A program made the position numbers and the translations under genes. 64,000 nucleotides of DNA from Batkoa obscura (lineage: Eukaryota), in the NCBI GenBank assembly GCA_030770535.1, contig JASVEC010000026.1, forward strand, positions 1 to 64,000, given 5' to 3'. Under the pieces are notes generated by a model. It was not told where the DNA came from. It did no database searches and saw only the letters and a list, made by a program, of their open reading frames with translations. Below are positions 35,858 to 49,497 of this stretch, one piece after another (within the stretch, counting starts at the first letter, position 1; every line of letters starts with the position of its first letter).

Positions 35858-36768
35858 ATGGTATTAAGTTTACTTAAAAAAGAACTCAATGAAATTGATA
35901 ATGTTGAATTAAATTCCCAATTAAAACTAAAACAATCGGAAGTTACATTAACTATTGAACCAACTCCTGATTTTATTGAATTCGGTGAAGGCACACTTTA
36001 TATTAATGAAAGGTAAGTTTAATGTTTTAACTTAATTTCCATTTCCATTCCAATTGTATTCATGACAATAAAATTATTCTAATTTAATTCATACTAACTA
36101 ACTACCAATTATTAACTCTTCTTTTTTACTTTTTGTTTATTAATATTGACCCCTTTCTTCTTCATTATTAGTTTCTTTGGCTTCTACAGTACAGTGTCCG
36201 AAACTGGGTTTAAATTAGACTATCGTAGTTTAGTTTTACATGCATTAACGATGGATCCAGAAAATCATAAACCAATTTTATATTGCCAAATTAATAAATT
36301 ATTTCAAAGTTTATTGCCTAATGGACATGATACTGGTGATTTAGATGAATTTTCAGAATTGAAATTTACATTTCATTCTGTGGGAGATGGTAAGCATTGA
36401 TACTTTAATATTGATTTTTATTTATATGGGGAGAGGTAAGCAAGGAGATGGAGAAAGGAAAAGAATGAGATATAACTTCTACTAATAGTTTAATCAACTA
36501 ACCACTAGTATTTTTAGCGGAGCCTATTTATATGGCTATTAGCCAATGTCAAGAGTTGTATCCAGATCAAGATAGCGAAAATGAGCAAGAAACTGATATT
36601 AATGAAATGGAATTTAATGGTAGGTACTCTGATGCTGATGGGGAAGGAGATGATATGGAAGTAAGTAATTTTGATTTTGATATGATTTTATAAGGACTAA
36701 TGGATTAGTAGAGAGAAGATCCAATGTTAATAGCACTCGAAAGAGAGTTGGAGAAGGAAGGGAATTAA
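35858..36768 (+). CDS. pICln/Voldacs-domain protein (Sm-assembly chaperone); introns 36013-36171, 36390-36517 (or 36508), 36661-36711 (or 36708)
   Basis: GEGTLYINES, GFKLDYRSLVLHAL, LYCQI, IYMAISQCQELYPD and an acidic tail match pICln. Confidence 0.82.
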
Positions 36769-38154
36769 ATAGAATGATAAAGGAGATGAATTGGTAATAA
36801 AAAAGTTACAAAAATCGAAGTAATTTGGATTTATTATCAAATTTTTTAAATGTTTTTTTTAGTAAATATTAATTTTTTTAAGAGTGAATTATTGTTTAGA
36901 AGCTAATAAAAGGTGGATAGAGATTTGGTTAAATAGCTGATGATAAGTGACAATGGAAGGTGATTAAGTTTTTGTATTAAACAACATTGATTAAAAGAAG
37001 TAATTAGAATATTCTTTCAAAGTTGCAGTATTAGTAATGCTAGTACAATATTTAGAAGTCAACTGTTACATAGAAGTTATATATTGGTAAATAGAAGATT
37101 ATAAAGCTATAATGAACGAGTGAATAGTTTAGTACTAAATCACATCGATATTTTATTGTTATAGAATAGTAAGGCTTAAAATGAATATATTAGTTATAAA
37201 TAGAAGAAGTTTAGTGAGGCATATGACTAAGAATTTATAGTGGAAGATTGAATTGTTTGGTATAAAATTGTAAAATTTTTATATTGGTAGAATAATAAAG
37301 GCTTAAAACGAGTATACATTAAACATAAATAATAGCCACAGGCTAACTAATTTTAAAATTTTTAATATAATAAAAGAATACTATATTTTTAAGAAGATAG
37401 TTTAAATATTTTATTTTAATTAGTTAGTGGTTAAGCTATATATTTTATTCATTTTATTCCAAAATTAGTAAAAAATAATATATAAAGTAAGTATGAGCGG
37501 AGGGTTTAAATTGATATTGAAAAAGTAGTGCTTAAACTGAGTATGTATTAGTTGAAAATTGCAGTTATAAATAGATCTTTTTAAGTCTAATATTTTAGTT
37601 TATGAATAATTTGTTTTTTGGAAGAAGTGAAAGGGGTTCAGTTTTTCTATTTATTTTAATACAAACGGTGATTAAAATTCAATATAGAACGCGATAGCTT
37701 ACACTATATTATTAAATTAAAGAATTGCTATATAATGGATAAAGATTAAATGTAATTAAGATTTTTAAATTAATAAATTTGAATAATTTCTATTTTAGAT
37801 TGAATCAATTTCTATTTCTCGGTTATTTTTTCTATTGTTTTTATTAGTATTATATTAATATAATAATGTCAGTCTAATCAACTTCGCTTCTATTGAGAAA
37901 CAAATTCTATTCAAAAAATCGAGTCATATCAATTTGATAGAGTTTAAAAAATAAATAAGCTGATGCATAAAGTAAAGTTGACAGTATTTAAATCAGATAA
38001 ATTCAAACCGCAGTCTTTTAATCTTCTTTTTTAATTAGTTTAAAATTAAAAAATTTTAAACTGTTCTTTTTTGAATTTAATTCTTTTTTTTATCAATAAT
38101 CATAACTACATAAAATCATTACATCAACTCTTATAACTTATTAAAACTCCAAAT

Positions 38155-39837
38155 ATGCGTCCCCAACGCTCTTGTGTCAACTGTAAAAAAAGAAAACAAA
38201 AATGTGATTTAATGCTTCCGTGCTCCAGGTGCATTAAACTCGGAGTAGAGTGTACCTTTCTATCTAGTAAGCCTAAAGAGAAAGCAAAATTAATCCCAAA
38301 GATATTACAAAAAGATGCAATTCGATTGGAAAAAAAATGGTCTCAATTAGAATCTATGGTCAAAAAATACCATTTGGATGAATTGATAACTGAGAATACT
38401 CCATTATCGGATCCTGTATTAACACCTGAAACTAGTTCTTCTAGTTGTGCAGAATTGGAAGAAAACATGACTGTGAAAAAATTATTTTATTATCCTAGTA
38501 AAAGTAAGATCTATATTTTTATTAATTCAAGATTTAAGTTCACAACATTAATCTAGATATCCCCAAAGAATACCATTTAGTTAATGTATTTTTCGTCTAT
38601 CATCACAACACTTTTCCTTATTTAAACGAAGATCGAGTAAGAAAAATAGTTATTTCAGGAGATGAAAGGGATATGACATTAATCTCCGCCATCTGTTCCT
38701 TTGCTTTAAAAACATATGAATTTTTATTAAATGAAGAAATTTCTTCTATTGATATTAATCCATATTATAAAAAAACAAGACGATTATTAACCTCTAATTT
38801 TAAACCCAGTTTAAGTTTACTACAAGCTACATTAATTTCACATACTATGGAAACGGGTAATGCACATCCCATTAAATCCTCTTGTTTATCAGCAGAATGT
38901 ATTAAAATGGGGCAAATATTGAATTTACATACAATGAATTTGGATTTAGATGCGAGTAAATTAAATGATTATGAAAAAGAAAGAGTTAAAACTTGGATTC
39001 AATGTTTAAATTTGGATCAGTTATCTTCCCTCTTTTGTGGTAAACCAGCATATAATAGATTAACTGATTTAACGTCTATTGATAATGATTTGGTTCATAG
39101 ACTAATTAATTCAAATAGTAATTTCATTTTGGTAAGTAGAGATAACATGAATATTATAATTATAGTTTATTAATGTAATTCTTTTTATATAGAATCGACA
39201 AGAGAGAGAATATATATTATGTCAAATCTTTTATCATATGGTCAAAATCAAGTCCAAATTATTTGAGTTAAACAAAATATTAACAGAAAGGAATTATAAT
39301 TATGAAGAAATGAGAAACAATTTGAAAAAAATTATTGAAAGAATAGATGAAATTAATATAATTGACAAAACTGCTAACCCTCATTTTGATAGTATCAATA
39401 TTAATGAAGCTTTTCATCCTAATATTCATTATCTATCTTATCTCTCTTTATTTACATTTAAACATACATTATCTACAGTGGCTCATTATTTATTATATCA
39501 ATTGTTAGAAACAGGAAGTAGTAGTGATGCTATCGAATCTATTAAACATCACAGTTTAGCTAAAGCAGAAGGTATTGCGTTAATTGAAAAAATTAAAGCA
39601 GCAGAAGAGAGATTTGAGAAACTCCTAATGAACGGTAAAGGTAAAGTAATTTATGCTTGTCATTTTTGCCCAAGTTTAGGAATCGAATGGGCTATGCTTC
39701 CGCATGTCACAGAACAAAATGTGTGTTCTAAGAAGTTTATTGGTTTATGTTCAGATATTTTTAAGGATTTCGGAGTGTTTTGGCCTACTATTAATAACCT
39801 CACATGTAGAAGAAGGATTTCAAATATTAATTTATAA
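38155..39837 (+). CDS. Zn(II)2Cys6 transcription factor, copy 1; exons 38155-38503, 38557-39131, 39193-39837 (~522 aa)
   Basis: CVNCKKRKQKCDLMLPCSRCIKLGVEC cluster; fungal-TF middle region (HHNTFPYL, GQILNLH, ERVKTW). Confidence 0.88.
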
Positions 39838-39993
39838 AATATATGTCTATTTAATAAGGATTAAAGTTTTGTTTGTTATTAAAATTTTATTTATTTATTT
39901 ATTTTAGCTATTAAGAATAATTTTATCTTTTGGAGTTTAATTCAACATAAATTTCGATCTTGAAAAATTATTTCTTTTTTTATTTAAATTTTA

Positions 39994-40625
39994 ATGCTTT
40001 TCAATTCACTTTTAAAAACCAAATTTATCAATTTACGATCTTTATCAACTTCAAATAGTATTATGAGTGAATTGAAACCTTTGGAAACTTTAATAAAATC
40101 GAAGGTATTATTAATCATGACTATTATAATAAGATAATGGCAATAGCAATTAGGAATATAGTTCTATTTATTGGAATCAATTTTTAACTTTTTTTAGTTA
40201 GAAAAAGCTTATAATCCAACTACTTTAGAGATTGTAAATGACAGTCATAAACATTCTCATCATACTGCTATGAGAGGAGTAACCAGTAAGGAAACCCATT
40301 TTAGGTAAGTAGTTTTATTTATTTAAAATAAAGACAATGTTGTTTTTTAAAATGTAGTATTAATCTTTGTTTTTTTTAAATTTTAGAGTAACTATTGTAT
40401 CTTCTGAATTTAAAGGCAAGGTAAGAATGATTTTAAACTAAATCAAATTTATTTATATAATTGAAATCATAAAACCCACGAAATTATTTTATCTATTTTT
40501 TTAAATATTACATTTAGAACTTAATGCAACGTCATAGAATGATATATAAAACATTAGAAGAAGAAATGCAAGATGGAAAAGTTCATGCTTTACAATTAAA
40601 AACTAAAACTTTGGAAGAGGTTTAA
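39994..40625 (+). CDS. BolA-family protein (BolA1-like) with mitochondrial presequence; introns 40105-40197, 40305-40386, 40421-40517
   Basis: Spliced: MLFNSLLKTKFINLRSLSTSNSIMSELKP...NDSHKHSHH...ETHFRVTIVSSEFKGKNLMQRHRMIY...VHALQLKTKT. Confidence 0.9.
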
Positions 40626-41004
40626 ATTAGAGAAAATTTTATTTTTTAATATTATAAAGTATTCTTAATTTTAGTAAATTCTATTATACTACTAAAAGAA
40701 ATTCATTTATGAAGTTTTCAAATATGAATTTAGATTTAACTTTTATTTACAATTGTCATATTTTTCCTTTTACTACAAATTCAATTTAAATATAAATACT
40801 TCTAACTATTCTTCGCATAATAACCTTTTTATGTATATGGGTTAAACTGTTCTCCATCTTCCAACTTTGTCAGGATTACTAACCAAATTGCCTATTTCCC
40901 GAAATCTGATGTCATAATTGATAATGATTAATAAAAATTGGGTCCATTTTGAGAAGTGATATAAAGGAGATTAATATCTGAGTCATTACTAACTTTAATG
41001 ATAT

Positions 41005-41111
41005 ATATGGGGGTGTTTTTTTTGGTTTCATCAATTTTTCTATTTTTTAAGCGCTATTTGAGCGGAAATATTGTTAGTAAAATTCTTAAACAAAAAAATA
41101 CATCCCCATGT
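41005..41111. mobile_element. ~105-bp MITE copy
   Basis: Near-identical to the 28687 copy. Confidence 0.88.
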
Positions 41112-41531
41112 ATTAAATGTGAATAAAAAGTATAGTAAATTAATGTATTTTGTATTCATAGAAAGTATATAAGCGATTAGACCTTTTCCTCTAAAATCTC
41201 TCTTTATTGAGAGTTTCGTTTATTTTCTGAAATAAAAGTAAGCTTTTGACCTTATTAGTTTCGTAGTCTAATCAACTTAGCCTAAAGTATACTATTTATC
41301 TTGTACTTGTTTAAGAAGGCTTTAAACCTTCCCACTACCGTTAATCAAGCATTGGGTTTAGCTCGCCATGGCTTATATCAACTTATAGGTTGGTACACCA
41401 TAGGGCTTAAGGATCTTAAGGATCTTGTGGCTTACATATACGGTACTATCATTTTGAAGTAACTCACAGCTTTCTAGAGCATAGCCATACCAACACAACG
41501 AATCTCAGATCAACATACAGAACCAAACAAT

Positions 41532-43275
41532 CTAATCCGGAGTAAGTGGCATAATAGAATCAGGTATGTGTACCTTCATCATTTGATTTTTAGCTAAAGG
41601 ATCTTTAATAATTGGATAAAAGACGCTAAACTCTTGTTGTTTTTTTTGACATCCAGCAATGAATTTTTTAGAGCAAGCATTTGTATCCCCCCGATGACTA
41701 AGCATTGCTAATTCTAACCCTAAACAATAACAGAAATGAGAGCCATATATTACTTTTTTGGATTCTTTAGATAGTAGGGTACTATATCTTTCTTCAGTAA
41801 GTATTATTAGTTTGTATAATTTGATGCTGTCTAAGCGTGCTTGAGAGTGGTATTCGATAGATATTAAAAAATCGGCTTGATCGCCTAATTCGGTTATTTT
41901 ATAAATTATAAAGTTAACGAGTAAAGTAAGGGATAATTTAAAAGCAGCCATAGTAAGATTAGAGATAAAAGTATAATCATCGATAGTGGTATGGTCGACC
42001 ATGTTTAATACTTCATCTTCATGTTGGATTGGATATTGGGGAAATACTAGTTTCACGGATATTAATATTTCATTCAACTTTTTATAAATTTCTTTAATGC
42101 TGTAATTTCCATTTTGTAATGAATTATTGATCCAAAAAGCAGAGCTTTTCATTTTTACCATATGATGAAAAAAGTTGACAAATAAATATTCTTCTTCTTT
42201 ACGGCACTATAAATGATTATAATTATTATTATAGCATATTATCATTCTTACTATACTTACCGGTATGGGATGTTTATACATCTGCCCCAAATCTTTACCA
42301 ATAGTATTATCTAAAAGTGGTTCATTATTTTTGGTATGTGATGGTCTCGAATGGAATAAAGAAATTAACATATCTAATGATAAACAATGAGTCCAAGATT
42401 TAATTGATTCCATTTCAATATCAGTTAACTCAGATGGACTTTTAGTAATATCTAAGTTATGTAATCCTAAAATTTGACCAATTCTGAATAAATTATTAAT
42501 TCCTGTACTAAAACTATTCAAACAATATACTTACTTAATAGCTTCTGCGGATATACAAAATGCTTTAAACGGCCTTGAATGGCCCATCTCCAAAAATTCA
42601 AGCAATATCATAGCTTGAAGAACACCTAAACTAGGTTCTTTATGTTGACTTAAAAGGTTACTACTATGTTGAAAATAAGGATTATTGTCAATTTCCAATA
42701 ACGGCAGTTTATTTAAATAATTATAAACTTTTAAAGCGACCGCACAAATAGCGGATATCAATGTTCGGTCCGCTAAATCTTGACTATAAATAATAGAACG
42801 CACCCGTGATTCACATAAAAAAGGTTGCGCTGGGTGATGGTATTTAAAATAGATATCGATAAGTTTTGGTTCGGTTTCTGGGTGTGTTAAGTCATTAATT
42901 ATTAATAAAAACACTATAATTACCTGTATTCATCAACTCCATATTCTTTGTAATGTAGCTTTGTTTTTTAGCAGAATTCATTGATGGCTCATGTATTTGA
43001 TCCTTTTTTGGAGTTGCCAAAATGGAAGGATTAGGATCGTTATTTCCTGGAGGGGAGCTTACAATAGACTTATAATTGTGTAATAACTCTTTCATTTTAT
43101 TCCATTTTTTATTTAGCCTCTTAATATCTTTATCATTGATATCATCCACTAAATCTTCTCTACGATTTAAGTATTTACAATCCATCTCAAGGTTAATGCA
43201 TCTAGTACATGGATAACTTAAATCGCATTTTTGTTTACGCTTGTGACAGCTTACACAACTCTTTCGTGGACGCAT
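41532..43275 (-). CDS. Zn2Cys6 transcription factor, copy 2 (4 exons)
   Basis: MRPRKSCVSCHKRKQKCDLSYPCTRC; three GT-AG introns join the four ORF pieces in frame. Confidence 0.85.
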
Positions 43276-43585
43276 TGAACAATTTGATTTCAAAGTGTAA
43301 TTAGCTGACTATTTTTTAAAAGTGAAATTTAGTAAGTTACAATTTGAATTAAGATTAACTGTTTATGGTTAATTTTGGGATTAGGAATAAATTAAAAATA
43401 AATCAATTTAGCCGAAAAATGATAACTTTGATGTCCTTTGGATAGGTACTTTGACAGAATTTTATAGCTTTAATACGCCGATTAGTTTCGTTCTATCTTA
43501 TACAGTCTCCTTTTTTTATATTTTTTACAAATTATATCATATTTTTATAGTATGATACTAGTCAAGAAACGCATTTTATGCAAGT

Positions 43586-43692
43586 ATATGAGGATGTTTT
43601 TTTTGGTTCATCGCTTTTTTCATTTTTTTAAGCGCTATTTGAGTGGAAAGGTTGTTGGTAAAACTATCAAACAAAAAAATACATCCCCATAT
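43586..43692. mobile_element. ~105-bp MITE copy
   Basis: atatgaggatgt...acatccccatat TIRs. Confidence 0.85.
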
Positions 43693-43756
43693 ACTATTCT
43701 ATTTTGCTTCAAAATGTAAAACTTTCAACTATTCATTCCTTCATTTATATTTTAAA

Positions 43757-43973
43757 GTTGCTATCATGTTAACTGAATTTGAAGAGAAGGTAAGAAGATT
43801 AAGATACAGCTTTAAAAAAATTATAATTGAATTTAGAAACTTTTGTATTTTTCAATTTAGAAATAAGCTTGATGCAATGTCATAGAATGACGTCTACGAC
43901 TTTGAAATGTGAGTTGGAGGAAAGAGAAGCGCACACTTTGCAACTTACAATTAAAACTTTAGAAGAGGTTTAA
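43757..43973 (+). pseudogene. Decayed duplicate of BolA exons 3-4
   Basis: VAIMLTEFEEK|gtaag and SLMQCHRMTSTTLKCELEEREAHTLQLTIKTLEEV* align to BolA VTIVSSEFKGK and NLMQRHRMIYKTLEEEMQDGKVHALQLKTKTLEEV*. Confidence 0.8.
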
Positions 43974-44353
43974 AGAGAGAGGAAGCTAGTTTTGACGTTA
44001 CGAAATCATCTAAATTGTAGTAATGATTTTAATTTTTATTAATACATCATTCTCACTTAAGGGTTTATAAAATAGAAGCGATCTTACTAAAATTATAAAC
44101 TCAATGATGATACTGACATAAATAACATTGTTTATTAATTTTACTAAATCAATTTAAATAAATGCGTTATGTAAGCTAATAACTATTCTTTACAATATAG
44201 TCTTTTAGATTAAGAAACCGTTTTTTATTTATCCCCTAGCTCAGGGATAATGTATGTTATTTTCAAAACAACGTAGTAGCAAAACTATAAAACCTTTAAT
44301 TGGTATATAAAACAAGCAATAAAATACAGAGTATGACTAACTAGCGTACATCA

Positions 44354-46101
44354 TCATGTGTTATAATTAGGAGTAGGAGGTACAATTGAATCAGGTACAT
44401 GCACCTTTGTCATTTGACTTTTCGTCAAAGGATTTTGAATTAAAGGCCAGAAGACGCTAAATTCATGCTGTATTTTTTGACATTCAACAGTGAAACTTTT
44501 AGAGAGAGTAGTGGTATCTGATTGATGACAAAGTATAGCAACTTCTAGCCCTAAACAATAGCAAAAATCCGAGCCATAAATCACTTTACTAAAATCCTTA
44601 GATAACAGAGTACAATATCTTTTTTCTGATAGACTTAATAATTGGTATAATTTGATACTATCTAGATATGCTTTTGTGCGATATTCAATAGATATTATAG
44701 AATCAGCTTCATCCCCAAGCTCAGTTACTTTGTATATCAGAAAGTTAGCAAATAAACTAAATGATGTTTTTAAGGCAGCTAAAACAAGGTTTGATATAAA
44801 AGTACTATCATCGATAGTAATATCATGAATCGTGTTTAATACTTCATCTTCCATTTGGATTGGATGTTGAAAAAACGCTAATTTCATAGCTTGTATCAAT
44901 CCAAGCAGTTCATAATAAATCTGTTTGATATTATAACTTCCACTTTGTAAAGCATTATTAATCCAAATTATTGAGCTTTTCAATTTCACCACATGATGAA
45001 AAGAATGAATAAATAAATATTCTTTTTCTCTATGACACTATAAAACAGTATTATTACAATTATAAATCTAGTATTACCATTATTCTGCTTACCGGTAATA
45101 TGAGCATATATAATTTTTCCAATTCTTTATTAATGGTATTTTTTAATAGCGGCTCATTATTTTTAGAGTGAGACGGTTTCGATTGAAACAAACTAGTCAA
45201 CATATCCAAAGTCAAACAATGAACCCAAGATTTTATTGATTCCATTTCAGTATCCATTAATTCAAATGGACTTTGATTAACATTTAGGTTATGTAAACCT
45301 AAAATTTGTCCAATTCTAAAAAATTATAAATTCATGTTATTGAAACTATTAAAAAATTGCATACTTGATAGCTTCAGCAGTTAAACAAAACGCTTTAAAT
45401 GGCCTTGAATGTCCCATCTCCATAAATATCAGCAACATCATAGCTTGTAAAACATTCAAATTTGGCCCTTTTCTTTTACTTAAAAGCTTCTTAGTATATT
45501 GATAATAAGGATTGTTGTCAATCTCCAACAATGGTAGACGTTTTAGATAGTTATGAATTTTTAAAGCAACTGCACATATTGCTGATAGTAATGTTCGATC
45601 CTCTAACTCTTGGCTACAAATGATGGAGCGTACTCGTAACTCGTTTAAAAAAGGTTGTGCAGGGTGATGGTATTTGAAATAAATATCTAAAAGTTCTTGC
45701 TCAATTCCTAAAATTTAAGGTCGATAAATGGATATTAAATAAACTATTGGATTTTTACTTGTATTATAAAACTCAATAACATACGGACTAAAGTTTTGTC
45801 TTTTGCTAAGATTCATTATTAACTCTGGCATCTTACCATTCGTTGTTGTTAACGAGATGGAAGGGTAGGGGTTGTTACTTTCTATAATGGATTTAAGATT
45901 TTGTACTAACACTTCTATCATATTCCATTTTTTTTCTAACCTCTCAATGTCTTTTGTATTGATATGTCCAACCGCATCCTTTTCATTTTGGTTCAAATAT
46001 TGGCAAGCTACCCCGATCTTGATGCATCGGGCACAAGGGTAAGTCAAATTACACTTTTGTTTACGCTTGTAACAGCTTGTACAGCTCTTTTGTGGACGCA
46101 T
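44354..46101 (-). CDS. Zn2Cys6 transcription factor, copy 3 (4 exons)
   Basis: MRPQKSCTSCYKRKQKCNLTYPCARC; same exon structure as copy 2. Confidence 0.85.
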
Positions 46102-46873
46102 TTGATGTCTTTTTGTGAGTATTTTTAGTTGATAGTTTATTTAAAAAGAGTGTCTATTGTATTAGCATGATTTTAATTGTTTGATGGCAACTCTGAAGTT
46201 AAAAATAAAACAAAAGAAAGTTTTTACAAGGTGACAAAAACTTTAATCTTTTTTGAACTAGTGCTTTCAAATTTTATTAACTTTCGTATTTGATTTTTAG
46301 ATTTATTTTACAGAATCTATACTTTTATGATTCAATTATAAAATAGAGAACACTATATTATCATGTTATTTATATAATCGATGCTTTATTAGTATATTAT
46401 TTCTATTAATCTGACAGTTAACACGTCGAGTTATAATACCTTCTAAAATAATGCGCTGTGGAGAATAGAATAAAAAAGTTCGTTCAACTTCAAACTTGAA
46501 AAGAAGAATACCTTACCAAGATAGAAGTTGCTCTCCTGATATCGAATTTTTAGCTTATTAACAGCAAATACTAGTAATTCATATTAGATGTTTTATTGAG
46601 AAAATGACATTTTCTGTTTCATTGTTTTGCTCATAATTTTTCTTAATTTGTTTATAAAAAATGGATAAGTAAATGAAAATAAGAGGCATTCCAATATATA
46701 TTTTATTTTACTATAATAAACTCAAATTAAATAAATACGCCAACAAATGTAATAATTAATATTCACGAAATAATCTTCTCATCTTATAAAATTGCCCTGC
46801 CACTAATCCCCCAATTCAGGATAACACCATATTTTTTAGTTTTGTAATATAATATTATTAAGACAATAGTATG

Positions 46874-48646
46874 TTAATCTCTTACCACATCTTGATCAAG
46901 ATAATCGGGTGTAGGAGGGGCAATCGAATCAGGTACATGCACCTTCATCATCTGGTTTTTAGTTAAAGGGTTTTTAATAAGGGGCCAAAACACACTAAAC
47001 TCTTGCTGTTTTATTTTACATTTAGTAATGAACTTTCTAGAGCTAGCGGTGGTCTCGGATTGATGACAAAGCATAGCCACTTCCAACCCCAAACAAAAAC
47101 AAAAATGAGAGCCATAGACTACTTTATTGAGATCCTTGGATAACAGTTGAGTATATCTTTCTTCGGTAAGCATTAATAGTTTATATAATTTGATGCTGTC
47201 TGAACGGGCTTGGGAGTGGTGTTCAATAGATTTTAAAATATCATCCTCATCCCCAAACTCGGCTATTTTATAGATGAGAAAGTTTGTGAATAAACTAAGC
47301 AGCAATTTAAAGGTTGCTAAAACAAGGCTTGATATAAAAATATTATCATCAATAGTGATGTCATGGATTGTATTTAATACCTCATCTTCCGTTTGAATCG
47401 AAAGTTGAGAATACCCTAGCTTCATGATCTCTTGTAATTCTAGCAATTGTTTATAAATTTGTTTGCTGTTATAGCTTCCACTTTGTAGAGCGTTATTGAT
47501 CCAAATGGTCGAGCTTTTCAATTTCACCATGTGATGGAAAAACTGAATAAAAAAATATTCTTTCTCTTTACGACCCTATAACTTATTGTTATTTTTACCA
47601 TAAATTTAGCACTATATTATCCTACTTACCGGTATAATATGTTTACATATCTCTCCCAAATCTTTGATGATAGTACCTTCTAAAGGTAACTCGTTGTTCG
47701 GAGTGTGAGACGGTTTAGAATGAAACAAAGAAATTAAAATGTCCATTGATAAACAATAAGACCAACATTTAATTGATTCTATTTCAGCTTCCGTTAACTC
47801 AGATGGGTTTTTACTCATATTTAGGTCATGTAGCCCTAAAATATGACCAATTCTAAAAAAAGTATTAACTTATGCCATCAAAACTATTTAGAAAATTTGC
47901 TTACTTGATGGTTTCTGCTGAAATACAAAACGCTTTAAATGGCCTGGAATGTCCCATTTCCATAAACTCGAGTAATAACATGGCCTGCAAAACTCTTAAA
48001 CTTGGGTCCTTTTTTTTAATCAACAGTTTTCTAGTATGTTGGTAATAGGGGTTATCGTCAATCTCCAGTAATGGTAACCTTTTTAAATAGTTGTGAATTT
48101 TTAGAGAAATTGCACAGATTGATGAGATTAATGTTTGATCCCCTAAATCCTGACTACGATGTAATGCGCGCACCCTAGATTCACATAGAAAAGGCAATGC
48201 GGGATGATGGTATTTAAAATAAATATCTAAAAGCTCTTGTTCAATCCCTAAAATCGATTTAAGCAATTTTCTATTTGTTAGAGTAACAAGATTTTACCCG
48301 CATTTATTAACTCGATTATTTGTGGACTAGAGTTAGATCTCTTATCAGAGCCCATAATTAGCTCTGGCATCTTACCACTTATTGTAATTGTTGAAATAGA
48401 CGAATTGGAATTATTGCTTTCTGGTGGAGAGTTTATTATTGACTTGAAGTTTTCTACCAACTCTTCCATTTTACTCCATTTTTTATCTAACCTCTCGATG
48501 TCTTTTGTATTAATATCTTCAACTACATCTTTTTGATTTAAATATTGACAATCCACTCCAATTTTAATGCATCGACTACATGGGTAGCTTAAATCACATT
48601 TTTGCTTACGTTTGTGACAGCTTATACAGCTCTTTTGAGGACGCAT
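46874..48646 (-). CDS. Zn2Cys6 transcription factor, copy 4 (4 exons)
   Basis: MRPQKSCISCHKRKQKCDLSYPCSRC; same exon structure. Confidence 0.85.
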
Positions 48647-49286
48647 TCGGTGATTTTGTTTCAATGTGCTGTTTGTTGGCTATTTTGTATAAATCAACTA
48701 AATCACAATTAAAAATTTTTAGCTGCTTATATCGATTTTGTAAGCGAAAATAAACTGAAAGTAATTTAGTTTATCCGAAAAATAAATGAACAATGTTATT
48801 TCAATGGGTGCTTTAGTAAACTTTAAATATTTTAGTACACCGATTAGTTTCGCTTTACTTTATATAATCTTTTTTTGTTAAGATCTTTATAAATTATGGT
48901 ATGCTCTTATATCATTTATACATTCACTTACCTCTAATCAACTTTCTTTGCTAATAAATTATTTTTACAATTTGATGATTAGCATGGTTACAAGTTTTTT
49001 TAAAAGGTATGGTGCAGAACAACGAAATTTCTTGATTAAATTTAAACTTAAGAAGGATAATTTCATACCAAGGAGTAAAATATTCTTTCGTTATAATGTT
49101 TATAAACTATTATTGATAAATACTGACAGTCCGCTATTAAGTACGTAGTTTGTATTCAACTATTGTTATTGTTTCAAGATTTTATTGACAAGTTTTTAGC
49201 CAGAAAGAATGCTAAAAAAATTTACAACTGCAAACATTTCCCAGAACCACTTGCTTAGAATTACAGACAAGGGTTGACTAGTAAGT

Positions 49287-49391
49287 AAATAAGGATGCAT
49301 TTTTTATTTAAGAATTTTACTAGCAATTTTTCCATTGAAATAGCGCTTAAAAAATGGAAAAAGTAATGAAACCAAAAAAATACCCTTAAAT
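49287..49391. mobile_element. ~105-bp MITE copy
   Basis: Family core with decayed TIRs. Confidence 0.78.
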
Positions 49392-49463
49392 GCATTTCAA
49401 CGAAGTATTTGTTTACTTTCAAAAATATAAGATTATTTAACAATTCATTTGTTTATATTTTAG

Positions 49464-49497
49464 AGCCACCATCATTTCATCCAAATTTAAAGGAGAG
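49464..49497 (+). pseudogene. Second BolA exon-3 relic
   Basis: ttttag|A GCC ACC ATC ATT TCA TCC AAA TTT AAA GGA GAG (ATIISSKFKGE vs VTIVSSEFKGK). Confidence 0.6.
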
